Part shown: one piece after another, positions 48,330 through 61,173 of the stretch
How the letters are laid out: each line of letters opens with the position of its first letter
Position numbering within the stretch: position 1 is the stretch's first letter
NCBI GenBank assembly: GCA_011109175.1
Contig: RDEW01000072.1
Span: 62,001-126,000, forward strand
Reading direction: 5' to 3'
Length of the DNA stretch: 64,000 nucleotides
Source: Dicyema japonicum
Taxonomy: Eukaryota; Animalia; Dicyemida
Position numbers and translations under genes: made by a program
Notes under the pieces: model-generated
What the model was told of the DNA's origin: nothing
The model's database searches: none
What the model saw: only the letters and a program-made list of their open reading frames with translations

Positions 48330-49500
48330 TATTTATTTTGAATCATATCACATTAAGGCCTCGGATACCTTAAAACCTGTAAATTTTGGTTTATTAGTAA
48401 AATTAATTAAACTGTGAATTGATAAATCTAAATCCGGGAAAAATATTTTATTAAAAAACAATAGTAACCCAATAAATACCCCCCAATTATACTGATGACT
48501 AACAAGAATAACTATTTATTCAATAGTGATGCAACGATTCCTATAAATAATAATTTTATTAACAAAGCATTCCATTTGACTCTTTTCATTTTTCTTTTTT
48601 GGCCGAATAGAGATCCAATGAGTTCTATAAATAAATAATTTAATTAAACACTGGCTCCCATCTTGATTCTCTCGATTTCCACTAAAATACGAACAAACTA
48701 ACAACCTTGATATATATAAAAGATAACAATAAACCAATCAAGATTGAGTAAATCGGAAGAATGCCGTAAAGTATAATTTCTTGGTTTCGATTAGTCTAAT
48801 AATACCTAATATTAATTACCCAGAAATGATTTATTTGACTATCGGAATCTAAAGCTCACAAAATTAAATGCCTTTTTCGGAAGAATAATCACGTTTATTC
48901 ACGTTATATCTAGAAATTTTTTTTGTCGATTTTTTTTTCTCTTGACTTATAATAGAAGAAAAATTATTTATTTCAACTAAAATTTAGATTTATTCCTCAA
49001 CTCGATATATCATTTAAATGATTTCTCCGATCTTGGGATATGCCCTTAGTTACTGGTTTTCCTATCATATCTTGTTTTATTTGGACATGAGTTGTCGTTT
49101 CTGTTAAGTCCACGTTCAATGGAGATACTTAAAAATTAAAAAAATAATACAAAAATCATTTTTCTGGTATTTGCTCTGGATAATTTGATAGAGCAATGAT
49201 AGAATTAGTATTATCATCTAAAAAGTTGACTTAACAAAGAAACCGTTGTATCTGTGTCACATTATGCTAATATACTTTATTTATTAAACGTTTGGTTCTC
49301 CACAGTAAAAATTCAATATTATTTTTTTCATTAAATAATTCAAATAAAGTTCAATATTTTAGTAATTAAATATTTCTAAAGTAACGAGCGTTTGAAACAG
49401 AGTGGCTGCTTCAAAGGATTTCTCTCGTAATTGTCAGGAATACAGCCACTCAATTATTTCAGCTTGGCTATTTTTAATTGTTTTGAAATAAATTGCTTTA
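48330..49500 (-). pseudogene. Diverged paralogue B of the putative membrane-protein gene
   Basis: See 45000-46090; hydrophobic IILYGILPIYSILIGLLLSFYIY. Confidence 0.5.
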
Positions 49501-50614
49501 AATTAAAACTAAATTATATTCTCAAAAGACCACGAAGACACTAAAATAGTTTTAACACCACTGGGAGATCTCAAGCAAAATCACGAAAACTATATGGAGT
49601 AGTGAGAATTGACTTGAAACACCCAGCAAACGTGGACATGCACAACTTCTTCGCTTCAGACTCTCAAAGATTCTTTCACATGATGCGACTCTAATATGAA
49701 GGGAAAGAGGAGGAAGTGACAAAACAAATAGAAATCTTAATCCAATTATCCACATAGCACTAGATGGCTTCACCAGAACATAAATTATAGTTAGATTTAT
49801 GAATTAAATTAGTTAATTTGGACTAATTTATTTTAATTTAATACTTATTTATTTCCAAAAATATTTTTGCAATATGGCGAACCTTTTAATACATTGTCAT
49901 ATTATTTGGAATGACGTCGCCACGTTCTTGTGGTCGGTTGCTTTTTTATGTCATTGTATTTTTTAATATCTATTGAATTGTATTATCATTCGATTTCTTG
50001 AAGATTATATTATCGGATAAATCATATAGTGTTGAAGGTTTTTATCAAAATGTCTAATATATGTTTTATATTTTGGTAACCTATGAATATGGATTATTTT
50101 CACTACCTGATTTATCCCTGTTTATATTCTCTGGCTATATTTTTCTTTCAGACTATTTTTTATCCCAAATTGATTTGTCTTTTATGTGTATGATTATTTT
50201 CAAGAATAATATGTCGCAAGCCATAGATTAAACAGAACTATTGGTGAAACTTTGACACCTTCCATCAACTTCAAAAAATTGATCAATTATTTCACAGATG
50301 AAAACTAATCACAATTAACTATTTGAAGTTTATAGAATGGATTTTCGTCACAGAACTTTCACTATTTTGAACATTGACAAAATTGTTTTGAAAAATTTGA
50401 AACGACAGTCACAGGATCATTGTATGGGAGTTCAAATTTTTCTAAGGCCCCAGAGATGTATTAGTCCCATAATCTTTATGAATAGGAAACTTTTAATAAA
50501 TTAAATCGAGTCTCCAATGTACTATTCATATTTGAACAATCTTATACTAAGTAAGCACAAGACAAGTGGAATCTTGAGTGGAATCTTCTTGGCTTCTATT
50601 TATATTAAATTGAA

Positions 50615-51570
50615 TACAATATCTCCAAAAATCACCGCAATTCAAGACACTTCCAATGTAGCGAAAATTAAAATCATTTCGAAAAGATTGAGCTTTAATG
50701 ATGAAAACTTTGCGTACATTTACCAGAAATACAAAAATTGAACATTCTACAGTGATGGTAATTTCCAATATCGATAGAATATCTCCAAAAACACTGCAAT
50801 TCACTTCCAATGTAACGAAAATTCAAATCATTCCGAAAAGTTGAGCTTTAATGATGAAAATTTTGCGTACAGTTTACCAGAAATACAAATATTGAACATT
50901 CTACAGTGATGATAATTTCCAATATCGATAGAATATCTCCAAAAACACAGCAATTCACTTCCAATATAACGAAAATTTTAATCATTCCGAAAAGTTTGAG
51001 CTTTAATGAACAAGATTTTTTACAATTTACCAGAAATACAAATATTGAAATTTACAGTTATAGTGATTTCCAATATCGATGGAATATCTTCAAAAACACC
51101 GCAATTCAATCCATTCCAATATAACGAAAATTTAAATCATTCCGAAAAGGTTGAGCTTTAATGATGAAAATTTTGCGTACAGTTTACCAGAAATACAAAT
51201 ATTGAACATTCTACAGTGATGGTAATTTCCAATATCGATAGAATATCTCCAAAAACACTGCAATTCAATCCGCTTCCAATATAACGAAAATTTAAATCAT
51301 TCCGAAAAGTTTGAGCTTTAATGAAACTTTGCGTACATTTACCAGAAATACAAATATTGAACATTCTACAGTTATAGTGATTTCCAATATTGATAGAATA
51401 TTCCAAAAATACGCAATCCACTTCCTATATAATGAAAATTTAATCATTCCGAAAAGTTGAGCTTTAATGATGAAATCTTTGTACAATTTACCAGAAATAC
51501 AAATATTGAACATTTACAGTGATGGTAATTCCCAATATTGATAGAATATCTTCAAAACACCGCAATTCAC
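50615..51570 (+). repeat. Minisatellite, ~6 units of 148-160 bp
   Basis: aatatct(c/t)caaaa-type anchors at 50621, 50781, 50935, 51086, 51245, 51400 and 51548. Confidence 0.95.
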
Positions 51571-51599
51571 CTGTGCGTTGTCTTTCACTTCGTTTACTT

Positions 51600-52900
51600 C
51601 TTCTATACAGGAAACTATTTCTTCTATATAAAGCTTCTTGTTCAGACCCTTTATTTTTCTTCTGACACGTTGTCTTTCGCTTGAAGGGCTTTTATCGCAT
51701 TAGTGTCAGTGGCATTTAATTTTCTCATATTTATTTCTTTTAGACTTTTCGCAAGCTCATGAACATCTGGATGAATAGCCTTCAGGTGCATTTTACTATT
51801 CTCCCTTTTGCCAAGACATGCTTCAGCAGCTTCGTTGATGGTGTCCTTTGTGCGTTTCCAGGCGTCTTCTAGCGTGGTATCCACCAATACGTCCTGCAAA
51901 TGAGTCTGAATGTATTGTTGATATCTCTCAGTAGTCTCCGGTTGAGAAATCAGTTTTCAGTCGCGTAGTCGCCTCTGATTTTCTCAAATTCGTGATTTTT
52001 TGCATTCTTGTATTTAATGGCATGTTTTTTCAGGGTGAAGGTCGCAATAACCATCTTGTGGTCGCTGACAGTCGTCGAGCCTTCATATGAACGTGCGTTT
52101 ACTAGAAGGTGTTTGTCTTTAGCCCGGCATATGACATAATCGATTTGGTTGTATATTGGGACCAGCTTTCCTTCTGAGTTCCTTCGCTTTCCCATCCACG
52201 TAGTTTTGTGGCAGGCAGGATGCGTAAATGCAGTATTGCTAGGAAAAGGTTGTTTGCCATACAAAAGTGACCAAGTATTGTCCCGGGTAAATTTCTTATT
52301 CCACGTCCATGTTCTCCCAAGAAAACATCATCCGGGTTATTCTTCATCCCGATTTTTGCATTCAAATTCCAGCAATGAGTATTAGTGATGACGACTCATA
52401 TTCGTTGTACGTCCGTAACAGTGTTGAATAGAAGTCGTCTAGTTCTGTCGGATCTTTCGCTACTCTCCCGCAGTGTGGCGCATAAACATTTACAATTGTC
52501 AGAAAGCTTTTCGAAGGAAGTAAGTCGTTTAGTCGGATTTGTATAACACAGATCCTGTCATTCACACTCCATATACGGTGGACTGCACTTGTCAACTTTG
52601 AGTGGATGGCAAATCCAAGTCCATAATATTTTGAGTCGCTCGGTTGACATATAATTCGATATTTGCCAAAGTTCTCATCAAGGCTACAAGTAACTTTCGT
52701 CTTTTGTAGGCACTCAATAAATACTTCGTATCTCTCTAGGTTGTCACAGCGAATCTTCCTCGACCAGGTAGTAGATAAGCCTCTAGCTTTGAACGTAAGG
52801 AGCTTTAGACGAGATGCATCCCGTTGTATCCCTTGTTTTTTAGACATTTTTTTCAACTGCTATCCAATCAAGAAACGAGGCACGTCACCACCTCACCAAA
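51600..52900 (-). mobile_element. RTE-clade LINE, APE domain only (decayed, RT missing)
   Basis: CLQKTK, GLGFAI, IVNVYAPH, (D)FNAKIG, HKTTW, NQIDYVI, SDHKMV. Confidence 0.88.
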
Positions 52901-53920
52901 ACAAAGATTCGAGACAACTTCTTCAACAAATAACGATTACATCAACAAATATGTTTATTTAATCGATTAAAATACCTTTTAAAATATGAGGGCAATCACT
53001 TATTATTACATTAGAGTCTTGTAAATGGCTATTCTTTAAATCCAAACAACAATAGCCTCTAGTACAAAATTCATAATTGTCAAAAATACTTTATCGGTCA
53101 AACGAAAGAGACACTTCGTAGAAATTTGAAGCAGGATGCTGATTATGGGGGCGTTAAATTTTAGTCCAACAAAATATGCTGGTTATCTATATATGGTATA
53201 CGTGATTAGTTCTAAAATGAAAAAATATTAAAAACAACAAATCCTTTTTTCGAATAATTACGTCGAAGTACTTTCTTGTTGTTAGCTTCAGCTTTCGCAC
53301 CTGAACTTTAATTCAAGTACTCTTATCTAGGACCGCTTATTTTACATGGTTTAAATTTTGGCATTCTTCTGTATTTATCATTTTTTGACATCGAGTAAGT
53401 GAATCAAATACTATTGTCTGCTATGAGCCTACTTCTTCAACAAATAAAATAAACATCAACAAATAAGGTCATTTAATCAATTAAATAGCTTTTAAAATCT
53501 GAGGGCAAATAAATATGATGTTGTGTTTTGCCCTATAACGATCACATTCTGATTGTCCTAGAACGAATTCTTATCCTTTAAACCAAACTAGTTCAAAGTT
53601 GCTGGTTTTATGATTAACGTGAATGCCAGTACCTTAAGTCTCTCAGAGATATAAGAATTTAGTTTTGAAATCTCTGGCATTTCGCAAAAAGTGCAAATAT
53701 CGGTTAACTGTCTTAATTTATTAATGTTTTTTGAACAGATTTTTATGCAACTATGAGAACTTATTGATAACGATGTTAGTCAGGAATGTTAATTAACCAT
53801 TAGTTGAAGTTCTGGCCGAAGTACAATCAATGTACATACTGTGGCTAATGTTGACCGTATACTCGTTTCCGGAAAGTATTCCATTCGCTTAGATAATATA
53901 TGGTATTAGTTCACAAATAT

Positions 53921-54238
53921 TTAGTGGTTCTCTAGAATATACCTTTGATGAAGCTCGAGGAGTGGTCCCATTGTTAGATAATACATAATATTATTGTATT
54001 CATCATTACAAACGTCTTCATGTTCAGCTCGGACATGACTAACGTTACTTTTTAATTTATTGATATTTTTTTCGTGAATTTGATAATCATCTAAATGCAC
54101 ATCCATCTCTATTGAGCATTCTATGTATATGAAATAAAAAAGGTCACCCTCTAAACTTCGAACTGTGACTGTTGTTTCACTGGTGTTTATATTGCTGTTA
54201 ATTATAAAAGAACTCAAAATTATAATCAAAGAAAACAT
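53921..54238 (-). CDS. Hypothetical secreted protein (105 aa ORF), member of a local paralogue family
   Basis: N-terminal MFSLIIILSSFIINS hydrophobic leader; EYNNIMYY matches EYNNMMYY near 57690; downstream TFLTNIVINKFS shared with about 57450. Confidence 0.5.
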   Translation of the reverse strand: MFSLIIILSSFIINSNINTSETTVTVRSLEGDLFYFIYIECSIEMDVHLDDYQIHEKNINKLKSNVSHVRAEHEDVCNDEYNNIMYYLTMGPLLELHQRYILENH

Positions 54239-55569
54239 TAATTTTCAAAAATCAAAGTTCTTTATATATAACGTAATGGCACGCAATTTCAGAAATGTAT
54301 TGAATCGTAAGATATCGAATGACAATAAATTTTTATTGCACAGTAATATCTCTTTAATCCGCTATTAAATGCTCAGATCCTTACGAAACTTTCGAATCCT
54401 TTGTAGGTTATAACAAATTTTTATTAAGCTCATTTAATTTAGTTATAAAAAAATTAGTTATAAGAATTCGCGATAATTGAAAATGTGCGTTCCATTATGA
54501 AAATTATCAAGCGAACATTAATATCACTCAAAGCAGATACCAATCTGAACAGAAGCTGAGTAATGGTACAGAAATGATGATAAATATTGCCCATCAAAGC
54601 ACAATTATAAAATTCGTATTTGCACTTATTCAGTCGAAACCATCTTTTGCGGATTGAATGGAGAGAAAGAAGTTTGGTGAATTTTTGACGGCTAGAGAAA
54701 GTAAAGTGGTCTGGGAGGATCAATTTGCTGACGAGGAAATTCATATTCTTCAAAGAGAAAGGCAGATTGTAATCTGCCCAAAAATATTTGAGCATCTATC
54801 CATAGAACAACTGCAGAATGATGTTTTTTGTTGAAAACATTCTTTATGTTCATTTTTTTTTGAAGATGAGTATAGGATGTGTTGCACCTTTGAAGACAAA
54901 CTGTACTTTTACTTCGACGTGAATAGGTTCTAGATAATGTCTGACTATAAAAATGAATTTTGCAGTTAATCTTGGCAAATTGCTTCTTGAAGACAAATTC
55001 AACTCAAATTAGACTGACTCACTTTTCTTCTAATCAAATGTGATCAGATTTCCTCAGCTAGACCTCCCTAAGAATCCGATTCGTAATAGATATATAAGGC
55101 AAACAGTCGGATGGATCTCAAATGGACAGAGCAGGAAGATCGTTAAATGCCAGGTCTCATATTATCTAGACCAGTGATTCTCAATTTGGGCGATATCACC
55201 AAAATAAGGCGTTGGAATTTTTAATTATTGATTTTTTTAATTTTTATAGAAACAACGAAAGTAATAATGGAAAGTAAAAATTTATGAAAAATCATTATTT
55301 GATTAGAATTTTTTTAAAATGCTCTCATGAATTTTAAGAACCTTGAAATAAATATTTTTGTGATGAGATCATCCGTAGGCAGATTCTTATCATTTGGGTT
55401 TATTCAAGTTCTATTGATGAAAAAATCCAATCTGCATGATTCCATCCGTCGAAGAATCGAGAAAATAAATATAAATATTGAGTTTGTTTTTTTTCAAACC
55501 TAATGAATTAGTAGAAATTTAGACTACCTTTAGGTAAATTTGATCAACAATGAGATCACGTAACTAGAT

Positions 55570-55870
55570 AATAATAAAGCCTTTTCACGAGAGCCACATT
55601 ATTTATAGCTCCGCATAGGCAGGACACACACTTTATTTAAGTAAAGAACAGTACATTTTAACTAATCGTAGAACCAAGGAATGATCTTCACTTTTTTTCT
55701 TTTTCTTGTGTGAGTGTCCTTTCTAGACAATCCAGTTCCGCAGTGAGCATTCACTGATGACGGCGTCACTCGTCAAACCCTTTCTGCATCGTAGATGCGT
55801 GGAACCTTCCACCAGGTGAACAGCAGCGAGATTCGAACCCGTAGCATAAGTCACTTAAGCCCGACATCTA
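55570..55870 (-). mobile_element. SINE, near-identical to 34038, 5'-truncated, 12-bp TSD
   Basis: TSD acgtaactagat (55558-55569, 55871-55882); B-box ggttcgaatc; (tta) tail. Confidence 0.92.
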
Positions 55871-56879
55871 ACGTAACTAGATGCTAGAGAATAATAAAAT
55901 GTTCTATGGATAAAATTGACCTATATTATTATTTTTTCAAAAAAAGAAATTTGTCACTTTTCTGAAGTCGAAAAAGTTGCTGTAAGTATTAATTTGGAAA
56001 TTAAAAATCACATTTATCATCACTAAAAACTGAACTTCTTTTTCGTTTCCAGGATTTGCTATATTTTATTATTCCTCAGTGGATGATTGACCCATTCAAA
56101 TGCTAAATTATAAACTTTGATTAAGAAAGGAATTAAGACCTCAAAAATAATACATCTTATGAAATCAACTTTAAGAATACCTCATCTCAGTTTTGAAAGA
56201 ATTCGAAAATTAAAGAACAGTATCATAAATTGTTTAATTTGATCTCTCAGATAATCTTAATTTCTAACTTCATAATGGTCTCTACGAAAAAAAATACAGG
56301 TCAATAATTATTCATTGATAAGTGAGAGAAATAAATTAATTGTTTGTGAAGTGATATTCGATTTTATTTATGTCAAATTAAGTCTGATTTTCAACTTTCG
56401 CTTAAATTCATCAGCTTCAGGGATCACATTTGTTATATTATTCATTTTTCAATAAAACTATTTGTTAACGAACTAGATATTTAAAAGTAAAAAATTTAAG
56501 TTCACTTATGGGCGGTGATATTTCAAAATGGGCGGAGAGGAATAAAGTGATTAGTTCTAAGACTAAAAAGCATTTTGAGCGACAAGCTTCCTTCTTGAAT
56601 GATTACGTCCGAAGTAATGTGAACTTCAGCTTCCTCATTCGAACTTCAATTCGAGGACTCTTCCATTTGACTATGAAAAGCCTGGTAGCAAAAGTACTTT
56701 CAGAAACGATCGAATGTTGCCTTTCATCAAAGTTGAGAAAGACCCCTTTCCTGTCAAAGTCGTTAAGAGAGCGAATGTAACAAAACTGAAAAACGTTACT
56801 CTATAGATATATTTAGAGGGGGAAGTGTACATAGTTGTACTTTAAGGGTGTAGGGAAACAAAGGTTCGCTCAGCCTTCA

Positions 56880-57970
56880 GAATCCTTGTTGATTTTGTTC
56901 TGTCATTAAATTTAACTGTGAATACAATAGCATTCATTTTAATAAAGAAACCTCTGTCGAAACATATATAAAAAAATCAATGACTGATTTCAATATTGTA
57001 TTTGGATGTATGTGAAGATCTGACACTGTCGAGGTAAACAAACGTTTTCCTAATCAGTACAGAAAAGAATCAATTTTCTGGCATTATCTGGTTGCAGAAT
57101 GATTATATAACAAGGTTCTATTCCGACTTGATTTTGCGTGTTCATGTCCTTTGCAATGACTGGATCAGTGGAGTAATCACAGAGAGAAAACTATTCCCAG
57201 TAGTAAAATGATGTGTTCCAGATATTTAAAAAAAACGATCCTTAATTTTTGGTTGAAAATTGAGATAGCGATCAAAATGGTTAACTCCCATTGACGATCT
57301 ATGATGCAGACCATAAATGATTTGAATTTTTTTGACACTTTAATTAAGTTTTTTAATAATTTTTTGTAGGACGTCTTAAGGTTGATCAACTCAATATAGA
57401 TACTAAAGCATCTTAAGTTTTTTGAGCCGATTTTTATGTAATATGAGAATTTATTGATAACGATGTTAGTCAGGAAAGTAAACTAGTCATTAGTTTGTTA
57501 TCGCTCTGATTCGGGCAAAGCACACTCAGTTTACTGCCTCAGCTAATCGAGATCAAATTCTCGTTTTCGAAAAGTATTCTATTTACTTGAGTAATGTATG
57601 GCATTTGTGCACAATTACTCCTAGGCATCTCCCTATTATACCTTTTTCTAAGCTAGCGGAGTGGTACCATTTGTGCATAATACATCATATTATTGTATTC
57701 AACGAGGTTCTGAGGTTGTTATTATTGTTTTTAGATTTAATGTTGTGAATGCAATAGCTTTTATTATTAATGAAAAATCCCTCTGTCAAGGCCATGACAA
57801 GAAAGGAAATGACAATTAGAGTGTGAAGTGGATGCCTAGGAGAGTCTGACACAGCCAAAGTAAAATAGTTCCGTAGTTTCTACAAAATAGACCTTGCATT
57901 CGCACATTGTCTGGTTCCAGAATGAGCATATAACAGGTACTATTCGACGTGATTTTGCGTGTTAATGTCA
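56880..57970 (-). pseudogene. Two decayed paralogues of the 53.9 kb family
   Basis: 56880-57150 aligns with 57720-57970 (CYIIILQPDNAR versus CYMLILEPDNVR; shared ~30-nt gtcatt..gacag intron-like stretch); 57400-57700 aligns with 53740-54000. Confidence 0.5.
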
Positions 57971-58067
57971 ATAATAAATTTGAGATTTTTTTTTAAATTA
58001 AATTAAATGTTTTTTATAACAATTAAAAATTTTTTTTATAAATAATATTTGCTAACACTAAGCGACC

Positions 58068-58607
58068 ATGAAATCAGCAAATAATAATTATTTATTACCA
58101 AAAACTTATTACGAAACAACAAATAAATACTTTCACGATCACAAATTAATAAGCGGAATTAGTGGAGGAGGGAATAATTATGGAAATAAAGCACAGCCTA
58201 TTGTGATTCCACGCAATACTCTGATCTGGCATCCCACATATTTGTCAAATAGACTGTCTGTCACTCAAAGTGATTTCAGTTATCCAAAACCTATTAATTA
58301 CACCGAACGAAAGAGATTCATTACAACAAATAAAGATCATTTACATGATTATACGTTGTTACCACAGCAAAGTGAATGGACGTGCCAAATAAATTATAAA
58401 CAAAAATCAAGTCGACAACCAAAACATAGAATAGTACCGAAACAAATCGTAATAAATTACAAATTACCAAATAAAGACAATATAAGGGCAGTTGGTATAT
58501 CTTGTAGTAAATATAGGACCATCACACGTAATATCGAAAATATAGAAAAGTTAACAATTTATTTCAACTCTAACATTTCATTTATAATGGATCATTACAT
58601 TTTGTGA
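58068..58607 (+). CDS. Hypothetical protein, 179 aa, N/K/I-rich
   Basis: ATG-initiated ORF unusually long for this AT-rich DNA; no recognised motif. Confidence 0.45.
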   Translation: MKSANNNYLLPKTYYETTNKYFHDHKLISGISGGGNNYGNKAQPIVIPRNTLIWHPTYLSNRLSVTQSDFSYPKPINYTERKRFITTNKDHLHDYTLLPQQSEWTCQINYKQKSSRQPKHRIVPKQIVINYKLPNKDNIRAVGISCSKYRTITRNIENIEKLTIYFNSNISFIMDHYIL

Positions 58608-59084
58608 CATTTATAACGATTGTAGATTACATTTGACATTATGAACATCTTCCGGTAATGAAAGACCATAAGAAGAACATTGAGGAATTCTATGAGTAAC
58701 ACTAAACGATGATAAGGCGGTTGCTAAACAGGTATGGGCATTTCCTCAGACCAACTCTTCAAAATTGGGCATCTTAGTCAAAATCTTGAGTTCAGGTTTT
58801 TCAATACCACTTTAGCCATACTATTAGCCTCAAATTAGTTTATGAATTTTCATGGTCATTTATTCAGAGCAGTTTTTGTATTATAAAGAATTTTACTTCA
58901 TGGTACGTCTGTTACCAAATAAGCCTGTTACCATATTGTGTTTTACCATTAAAAGAATTACATTTTGAGTCATTTCCACGATTTTCAAAAAAGGTCTAAA
59001 GATTTTCATTTATATTGTTATCATTCAGCACCCTAGTCCTGCAATGGTAATGAAAAAGCATACGTAACCTAAAAAAACTAGCAG

Positions 59085-59297
59085 CTAGGTCATCTTCCTC
59101 CACTTGCCCTTGTCATAAGCAAGCTCAAGTAGTCCATCCAGATCATCTATTTCACTGAAGCGTCTCTTGAACTTTTGAAAATCACCGTCGAGGTCCATCG
59201 GGAGGGTCAGAGGCAAAATGTCCTTCATGGGTGGGTAAACTGGGACATCCAGATCCATTCGTTTATTTATATGGGTACTCAATATCTCACTGACCAC
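59085..59297 (-). CDS. Probable exon of an unidentified host gene
   Basis: Protein-like composition (DVPVYPPMKDILPL..FQKFKRRFSEIDDLDGLLELAY); a candidate 23-nt GT-AG intron just upstream extends the frame. Confidence 0.35.
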   Translation of the reverse strand: MVSEILSTHINKRMDLDVPVYPPMKDILPLTLPMDLDGDFQKFKRRFSEIDDLDGLLELAYDKGKWRKMT

Positions 59298-60140
59298 GAA
59301 TGATGATCAGACCTACGATGCATCGACGTATCAGCGAAAGAGCCCTTCTTTTACAATGTTGTTTAGTTAAATCAACCATAATTATGTACCTTGTAATCTT
59401 TGAGTTGAGTTTATTGGTACGTTGTTCATTAGTAAAGAAACCAATGTTATCTGTAAAAAAAACATTAATGTATTTTTTTATTGATCGCGATGTGCATGCA
59501 TATTTAAAAAATGTATTTTGCTTTCACGTACAGGCTTAAATGTATCTTATCTGAAGTAACAACATAATTATTATCAGCAATCCAGATGCTATAATTTAGA
59601 CTCCGATCAGTGAGATATCCAACATTGTCAGATTTGTCGTAATTGCTTCAAATTCAAAACCTGCCTTTTAAATGCTATTCCTAGGTGGTATTGTACTAAA
59701 GTAACAAGAGAAATTCACCGTTTAAGATGTCACCCGTCAGAACCTAAGCAACACATGCGTGAAAATAAATAAAAATTTTTATTGAAATATCTTTAAGACA
59801 AAGAAATTGATTCACTTCGACTTTTGATAGCTCAGATTCCTCTCGTCAAGAGCGAAGAAATCTACTATTCTCATTTGTATTAAATACTGAAAATCAAGGC
59901 TATTTCATTAGAGATAGTATATTTTTTAACTTATATTTTTTATAATATAATTTTATGACCTTTATATAAAGAAGAATTCAGATTGCATAGTGTTTATTAA
60001 TTACAATTGATTATCTTTGGTTTTAGTTAATTAAATTGTAAGTTTAAAATTTATCTTGAATAAAATTTTAAAATAGAAATAAAAGTTGACCTAAATTATA
60101 ATCGTCTACAAGTTGAGTTAACATATTTATTTTATTTTGA

Positions 60141-61173
60141 ATGTTTGTTTCAACGGACACGAATGTCAAAATTTTAAATCAAAAATCACAATGTACAATT
60201 TGGCCGTTCAAGATAATTTTGCACAATCTACAAAAGGACAAATTACGAAAGATACTATTAGTACTTCTCACTGTAGTTAATATTTGACATTTTCAGTTGG
60301 CCTCGATTATTATCGTTTTCAGAGGAAAGACAAAATACGTTTATTATCAAAGATATAAGTTTTTATTCGTCGTGATTTCGCGTTAAATTTGAATTTATCA
60401 ATTAGATCCAAGCAACGTGGAGGAAAGAAATGCAATAAGGGAGACTTGGGGGAATGCAAAAATGATGGAAAAAATAAATTCTAAACTTATCTTCTTTATG
60501 GGACAAAATATGGAGAGAAATACATTAAAGATAACAAAAAACGAACAAGAAATTAACAATGATATCATTTTCAAGGATTTTCATGAAAATTATAGAAATT
60601 TGACTATAAAAGTTAGAAGTGCACTCATGTGGGCATTTTATGAGTTTATATTTTTTGATCATTTCATAAAAATTGATGACGACGTATTTTTAAACATTGA
60701 CAATATTATTCATTTTTTCGAACAAAACGTGGACAACAAGCCGATAGAACAGAGTCCCTTCATGTTTTGTGCGATTAATAGTGGGTTTGAACCGGTAAGA
60801 GTTAATGAAAGTGAATGGTTTCCTTTAATATCTTAATTAAGGTATCTTTCTTATGCAGATTACCAACATTCAACCTATCCAGATTATTGTTCAGGACACA
60901 TGTATTTAATGTCTAAGGAATGTATTTATCCAATCCTGAGTAACTGCAAAGATTATACTAAAATTAGAATCGAAGATGTTTACTTTTCAGGTTGAGTGAT
61001 TTTAAACTATTACAGGTATCTGTAGAATACACAATAATATTACATTGCTTACAAAAAATCAGTTTATTTTTGAGGAAGAATATAATATCTGCAAATTTGA
61101 CAAATATATTTCAATCTACGAATTGGACGGAAATTTGATAAAAAAATTATTTAACAAATTTAAAAAATGTTAG
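60141..61173 (+). CDS. GT31 beta-1,3-galactosyltransferase-like type II membrane protein
   Basis: Introns 60276-60296, 60382-60405, 60818-60841 and 60991-61015 give one frame: TM ILLVLLTVLASIIIVF, FVVISHPSNVEERNAIRETWG, DFHENYRNLTIK, KIDDDVF, WYLSY..YPDYCSG, EDVYFSG. Confidence 0.93.

Noticed and set aside
50615-51570. CRISPR array (also the 23686-23900 repeats)
   Set aside because: Units are contiguous with no unique spacers, there are no cas genes, and the context is eukaryotic.
55172-55200. Buster-like TIR cagtgattctcaa
   Set aside because: No matching right TIR or TSD found.
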